Below, piece after piece: positions 27,775 to 32,000 of a DNA stretch of 32,000 bases (the stretch's first letter is position 1; every line of letters starts with the position of its first letter). Position numbers and translations under genes: made by a program. The DNA lies in contig NZ_JAGIOS010000001.1 of NCBI RefSeq assembly GCF_017876815.1, positions 3,720,001 through 3,752,000 of the forward strand. Direction: 5' to 3'. The notes under the pieces were generated by a model, which worked only from the letters and a program-made list of their open reading frames with translations, was not told where the DNA came from and did no database searches. This DNA is from Sinorhizobium meliloti. GTDB lineage: Bacteria > Pseudomonadota > Alphaproteobacteria > Rhizobiales > Rhizobiaceae.

Positions 27775-27869
27775 AGTGTGTGCGGTTTTCCGCCCGCATC
27801 CCGCTCTAAACTATTGGAATCGATCACGTTCATGTTTTTAGGTCGACCCGACCTAAAAACATCGTGATC
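27775..27869. repeat. Mosaic repeat module X, intact copy with a long terminal hairpin
   Basis: It aligns to 8084-8168. The terminal hairpin at 27822-27869 is GATCACG-ttc-ATGTTTTTAGGTCG-acc-CGACCTAAAAACAT-CGTGATC. Confidence 0.8.
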
Positions 27870-29017
27870 TAGGCCAGCCAGCGCGCGATGCGGTTCATCG
27901 CCTCCTCCATCTCGGTAGCCGCGCCCGCATAGGAAAAGCGCATGGTGCGATGCCCTTCGAGGGGATCGAAGTCGAAGCCGGGCGTTGCCGCAACGTCGAT
28001 CTCGGCCAGCATCCGACGGGCGAAGGCCATGCTGTCATTGGTGAAGCGGCTGACATCCGCATAGGCGTAAAATGCGCCGTCCATCGGCGAGGCGATCGAA
28101 AAGCCGATCTGCGGCAGCCGTTCGAGCAGCAATGCGCGGTTCGCGGCATAGGCGCGCTTGTAGCCGTCGAGCTCCTCATGCGCGCCGAGGGCCGCCTCTG
28201 CGGCAATCTGTGATAGCTCCGGCGGCGAAATATAGAGGCTCTGCGCGATGCGCTCGAAGGCACGCACCCGCGCCTCGGGCAGAACCATCCAGCCGATGCG
28301 CCATCCGGTCATACAATAATATTTGGAGAAGGAGTTGATCACGACGGCGTCGTCGGCGACTTCAAGCGCCGTCGTCTCCTCCCCGGCGAAAGTAAGGCCG
28401 TGATAGATCTCATCGGAAATGAAGGCTATCGAGTGGTCCCGGCAATAGTCGGCGAGCGCCTTCAGCTGCGCCTTGCCGGTCACCGTTCCCGTCGGGTTCG
28501 CGGGGCTTGCGAGAAGCACGCCCTTCAGCGGTTTTCCGGCACGTGCCGCGGCGCGCTCGAGGCTGTCCGGGGTCAAAGTGAAGCCGGCCTCGGCATTGGC
28601 TTCGATCTCGACCACTTCGAGGCCGAGCGCAGCCATGATGTTGCGATAGGCGGGATAGCCTGGCCGGGCGATGGCCACGCGATCGCCCGGATCGAACAGG
28701 GCGAGAAAAGCGAGATTGAACCCGGCCGACGATCCGGTCGTCACCGCAATCCGCTGCGGATCGAGCGTGATGCCGTGCCGGCTGTGATAATGAGCGGCAA
28801 TCGCCCTCTTCAGGGAGAGTGTGCCAAGAGCGTCCGTATAGCCGAGCCGACCGTGATCGAGCGCCCTCCTTGCCGCATCGAGTGCCGCTTTCGGCGCAGG
28901 ATGCGCGGGCTGACCGACCGCCATGGATATGACCGGGTGGCCGCAATCGCGCCGCCGCGTGGCTTCGGCCAGCACGTCCATGGCGTGGAACGGCTCGACT
29001 GCGCTGCGTTTCGACAT
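27869..29017 (-). CDS. Pyridoxal-phosphate-dependent aminotransferase (class I/II)
   Basis: The internal ATG at 29017 is used. The protein reads MSKRSAVEPFHAMDVLAEA... and carries SPANPTGT and the PLP-lysine motif SFSKYYCMTGWRIGW. Length is 382 aa. Confidence 0.92.
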   Translation of the reverse strand: MSKRSAVEPFHAMDVLAEATRRRDCGHPVISMAVGQPAHPAPKAALDAARRALDHGRLGYTDALGTLSLKRAIAAHYHSRHGITLDPQRIAVTTGSSAGFNLAFLALFDPGDRVAIARPGYPAYRNIMAALGLEVVEIEANAEAGFTLTPDSLERAAARAGKPLKGVLLASPANPTGTVTGKAQLKALADYCRDHSIAFISDEIYHGLTFAGEETTALEVADDAVVINSFSKYYCMTGWRIGWMVLPEARVRAFERIAQSLYISPPELSQIAAEAALGAHEELDGYKRAYAANRALLLERLPQIGFSIASPMDGAFYAYADVSRFTNDSMAFARRMLAEIDVAATPGFDFDPLEGHRTMRFSYAGAATEMEEAMNRIARWLA

Positions 29018-29254
29018 CTGTGCCAAATGACTGGTCCTCACGAGTTTCTCTATGCCCTTTGCCCCATCGCTTACGGCTTCACAAGTCCGCGAACGCCGCA
29101 ATTCGGCCCATTTTGCCGTTTCGTTTGCCCGCGCCAGGTCCTATGGTTCAACCAATCGGCGCAAGCCGGGACTTGTCGTCGTCTTCAAACTGGCGCATTG
29201 ACGCAAGCGTGCGGACTCTACGACCGACATAGAACAGCAGACCACGAGGAAAGA

Positions 29255-30022
29255 ATGACGCTCAAGATGAAGATGATTGCCGCAGCATCCCTGATCGCGC
29301 TTGCTGCCGGCGTCGCCCTGCCCGGGCCGGCGGCGGCGCTCGATGCCAAGCAGAAGGAGGAATTCGGCGCCTTCATCAAGGAGTACCTGCTCGCCAATCC
29401 GGAGATCATGCTGGAAGTGCAGGAAGCGCTCACCTCCAAGCAGCGGGCCAAGCAGCAGGAAACCGCCCAGGCGGCAATCGCCGACAACAAGAAGGCGATC
29501 TTCAACTCTGACTACGACATAGCCCTCGGTAATCCGGATGGCGATGTGACGATCGTCGAATTCTTCGATTACAACTGCGGCTATTGCAAACGGGCCATGT
29601 CCGACATGGACGACATCCTCGCCAAGGACAAGAATGTCCGATTCGTTCTCAAGGAGCTCCCAATTCTCGGACCGGATTCGCTCGCGGCCCACAAGGTCAG
29701 CGCCGCCTTCCGCGTGATCGCACCGGAGAAATACGGCGATTTCCATCGCGCCCTGCTCGGGGCAGAGGAACGGGCGACGGAGGAAACCGCGATCGCCGTT
29801 GCGGCCAAGCTCGGGGTGACGGAAGCGCAGTTGCGCGAAAAGATGGATGACGGGCCGTATGATGCCTCGGTGCGCGAAGCCTATACGCTCGCCAACGAGC
29901 TCGGCATCACGGGAACGCCTTCCTATGTCGTCGGCAACGAGGCGGTCTTCGGCGCTGTCGGGGCGCCTGAGATCGAACAGAAAGTCGCCAACATGCGTGC
30001 GTGCGGCAAGACGGTCTGCTGA
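29255..30022 (+). CDS. DsbA-family thiol:disulfide oxidoreductase (periplasmic)
   Basis: The internal ATG at 29255 is preceded by GAGGAA. The signal peptide reads MTLKMKMIAAASLIALAAGVALPGPAAA. The thioredoxin active site is FFDYNCGYCK. The upstream 285 codons of the track ORF are antisense to the aminotransferase gene. Confidence 0.88.
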   Translation: MTLKMKMIAAASLIALAAGVALPGPAAALDAKQKEEFGAFIKEYLLANPEIMLEVQEALTSKQRAKQQETAQAAIADNKKAIFNSDYDIALGNPDGDVTIVEFFDYNCGYCKRAMSDMDDILAKDKNVRFVLKELPILGPDSLAAHKVSAAFRVIAPEKYGDFHRALLGAEERATEETAIAVAAKLGVTEAQLREKMDDGPYDASVREAYTLANELGITGTPSYVVGNEAVFGAVGAPEIEQKVANMRACGKTVC

Positions 30023-30161
30023 CGGCCGGCCGGCACGCCGGCGGCTTTCGCCCTATCGGAACAGCACGACTTGTGGACAAATCCCGCGGGAACCCAGGGG
30101 GCTTTTCCTCGGGGAACCATCAGTCTATAGGTAACCCTCCATCACCGGACCGGAATCCTTT

Positions 30162-30608
30162 ATGCCTTCGACTATCTTTGTGCTGAACGGCCCAAACCTG
30201 AACGCGCTCGGCAAACGTGAACCGGGTATCTATGGCGGCAAGACGCTTGCCGACATCGAAGCCATGTGCAAGGAGGAGGCCAAACTCCTGGGCTTCGACG
30301 TCGACTTCCGGCAGTCAAACCATGAGGGCACCTTGGTCGACTGGTTGCACGAGGCTGGCGAAAAGGCAGTCGGCATCGCCATCAATCCCGCCGCCTACGG
30401 ACACACCTCCATCGCCATGCACGATGCCATTCGGGCGATCACCGTCCCCGTGGTGGAGCTGCATCTTTCCAATATTCATGCGCGCGAAGAATTCCGGCAC
30501 AAGTCGATGATCGCGCCGGCCGTCAAAGGCGTTATCTGCGGTTTCGGCGCACAGAGTTACATTCTGGCGCTGCATGCGCTAAAGAACCTGACGGAAAAAT
30601 CCAAATAA
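30162..30608 (+). CDS. aroQ: Type II 3-dehydroquinate dehydratase
   Basis: The 148-aa product carries LNGPNLN, QSNHEG and INPAAYGHTSIA. Confidence 0.95.
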   Translation: MPSTIFVLNGPNLNALGKREPGIYGGKTLADIEAMCKEEAKLLGFDVDFRQSNHEGTLVDWLHEAGEKAVGIAINPAAYGHTSIAMHDAIRAITVPVVELHLSNIHAREEFRHKSMIAPAVKGVICGFGAQSYILALHALKNLTEKSK

Positions 30609-30631
30609 GAAGAACACGAGGCTCATATCCC

Positions 30632-31108
30632 ATGGCTGAAAAGAAACCGGGTATCGATCAGGCGCTGATCCGTGATCTCGCCAATATCCTCAACGATACC
30701 GACCTGACCGAGATCGAAGTGGAACAGGACGATCTGCGCATCCGCGTTTCGCGGAACGGCACGCCTGTTGCCATGTCCATGCCGGCGATGCCCGCCTACC
30801 AGGTGCCGCCCGCCATCGCCGCCGGCCAGCCGGCTGGTGCGCCCCAGGGTGCCGCCGAAGGCGGTCACAATGCCAAGAACGCAGTGACGGCCCCCATGGT
30901 CGGCACCGCCTATCTCGCCCCGGCTCCGGGTTCCCGCCCCTTCATCGAAGTCGGTGCGGTGGTAAAGGAAGGTCAGACGATCCTGATCATCGAGGCAATG
31001 AAGACGATGAACCAGATTCCCGCCCCCCGCTCCGGCAAGGTGACGGAAATTCTCGTGCAGGACGCCGCTCCGGTCGAATATGGCGAACCCCTGATCGTGA
31101 TCGAGTAG
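30632..31108 (+). CDS. accB: Acetyl-CoA carboxylase biotin carboxyl carrier protein
   Basis: The 158-aa product has an Ala/Pro-rich linker and a C-terminal biotinyl domain with IEAMKTMNQI. Confidence 0.95.
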   Translation: MAEKKPGIDQALIRDLANILNDTDLTEIEVEQDDLRIRVSRNGTPVAMSMPAMPAYQVPPAIAAGQPAGAPQGAAEGGHNAKNAVTAPMVGTAYLAPAPGSRPFIEVGAVVKEGQTILIIEAMKTMNQIPAPRSGKVTEILVQDAAPVEYGEPLIVIE

Positions 31109-31120
31109 GGCACGGTGGCG

Positions 31121-32000
31121 ATGATCTCGAAAATCCTCATTGCCAATCGCGGCGAAATTGCTCTGCGCGTCCTGCGCGCCTGCAAGGAGCTCGGCATCGC
31201 GACCGTAGCCGTGCACTCGACGGCGGACAGCGACGCCATGCATGTCCGGCTCGCCGACGAGAGCGTCTGCATCGGCCCGCCGCCTTCGCGCGAGAGCTAT
31301 CTGAACATCCATCAGATCGTTGCCGCCTGTGAGATCACCGGTGCGGATGCGGTGCATCCGGGTTACGGCTTCCTCTCGGAGAACGCCAAGTTCGCCGATA
31401 TCCTCGATGCGCACGGCATCACTTTCATCGGACCGACTGCCGAGCACATCCGCCTCATGGGCGACAAGATCACCGCCAAGAAGACGGCGGAAGAACTCGG
31501 CATTCCGGTCGTTCCGGGCTCCGATGGCGAAGTGAGGCCGGAGAATGCCCTGGAGATCGCCCGCCAGATCGGATTCCCCGTGCTGATCAAGGCGACGGCG
31601 GGTGGCGGTGGCCGCGGCATGAAGGTCGCCCGCACCGAGGAGGAACTCGAAAATGCGGTTGCGACGGCACGTTCCGAAGCCGCGGCCGCATTCGGCAACG
31701 ACGCGGTCTACATGGAGAAGTTTCTCGGCAAGCCGCGCCATATCGAAATACAGGTCGTCGGGGACGGCGAAGGCAATGCGATCCATCTCGGTGAACGCGA
31801 CTGCTCGCTGCAGCGCCGCCATCAGAAGGTATGGGAAGAAGCCAACTCCCCGGCCCTGAACGTCGAACAGCGCATGAAGATCGGTCAGGTCTGCGCCGAC
31901 GCGATGAAGAAGTTGAAGTATCGCGGCGCCGGCACGATCGAATTCCTCTACGAGAACGGCGAGTTCTACTTCATCGAGATGAACACGCGCCTGCAGGTCG
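31121..32000 (+). CDS. accC: Acetyl-CoA carboxylase biotin carboxylase subunit; the 3' end runs off the window
   Basis: From the ATG at 31121 the protein reads [36 protein letters not shown]...[13 protein letters not shown]...[10 protein letters not shown]. The frame is open to the window end. Confidence 0.96.
   Translation, partial: MISKILIANRGEIALRVLRACKELGIATVAVHSTADSDAMHVRLADESVCIGPPPSRESYLNIHQIVAACEITGADAVHPGYGFLSENAKFADILDAHGITFIGPTAEHIRLMGDKITAKKTAEELGIPVVPGSDGEVRPENALEIARQIGFPVLIKATAGGGGRGMKVARTEEELENAVATARSEAAAAFGNDAVYMEKFLGKPRHIEIQVVGDGEGNAIHLGERDCSLQRRHQKVWEEANSPALNVEQRMKIGQVCADAMKKLKYRGAGTIEFLYENGEFYFIEMNTRLQV

Noticed and set aside
28400-29254. A 285-codon N-terminal extension of the DsbA-like ORF as given in the track.
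   Set aside because: The extension is antisense to the aminotransferase gene. A proper SD, ATG and signal peptide begin at 29255.

Overview
This is a GC-rich alphaproteobacterial chromosomal core segment. Gene order and protein sequences look Rhizobiaceae, Sinorhizobium/Ensifer-like; that is inference from memory with no database check. I call 27 CDS and 4 tRNAs.

Gene content:
- Minus strand, 1-7934: the classical block rpoB, rplL, rplJ, rplA, rplK, nusG, secE, tRNA-Trp.
- 8084-10410: about 2.3 kb of non-core material, made of a mosaic repeat, an SDR epimerase-family gene and a beta-barrel-like outer membrane protein.
- 10411-12030: tuf, tRNA-Gly, tRNA-Tyr.
- 12247-19250: rlmB, a small secreted Cys-containing protein, a divergent azoR/LysR pair, a VOC (glyoxalase-fold) protein, tRNA-Thr, nadK, a secreted hypothetical and prfB. 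The canonical +1 frameshift site of prfB can be read directly.
- 19349-32000: PBP1A, an AmiC-type amidase, RNase E behind a 710-nt CDS-free region, an orphan 71-aa ORF, an aminotransferase, a DsbA-like oxidoreductase and aroQ-accB-accC (accC truncated by the window end).

I recognise no integrase, transposase, CRISPR array, toxin-antitoxin pair or defence gene. I do not see a convincing novel multi-gene system.

The structure not explained by genes is non-coding:
1. A two-module palindromic mosaic element occurs twice (8084-8382 and 27446-27869) with the modules in swapped order. Both copies end on the stop codon of a flanking gene.
2. A REP/BIME-like cluster with a 52/54 inverted pair lies between convergent genes (17643-18062).
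3. Candidate r-protein autoregulatory leaders are present, notably an apparent 23S L1-stalk mimic upstream of rplK.
4. The amiC/rne intergenic region is long and structured.

The many long ORFs in the track that run antisense to real genes are high-GC artefacts. All coordinates were derived by hand from the printed sequence. The first residue shown as M in the ORF track is sometimes GTG or TTG.
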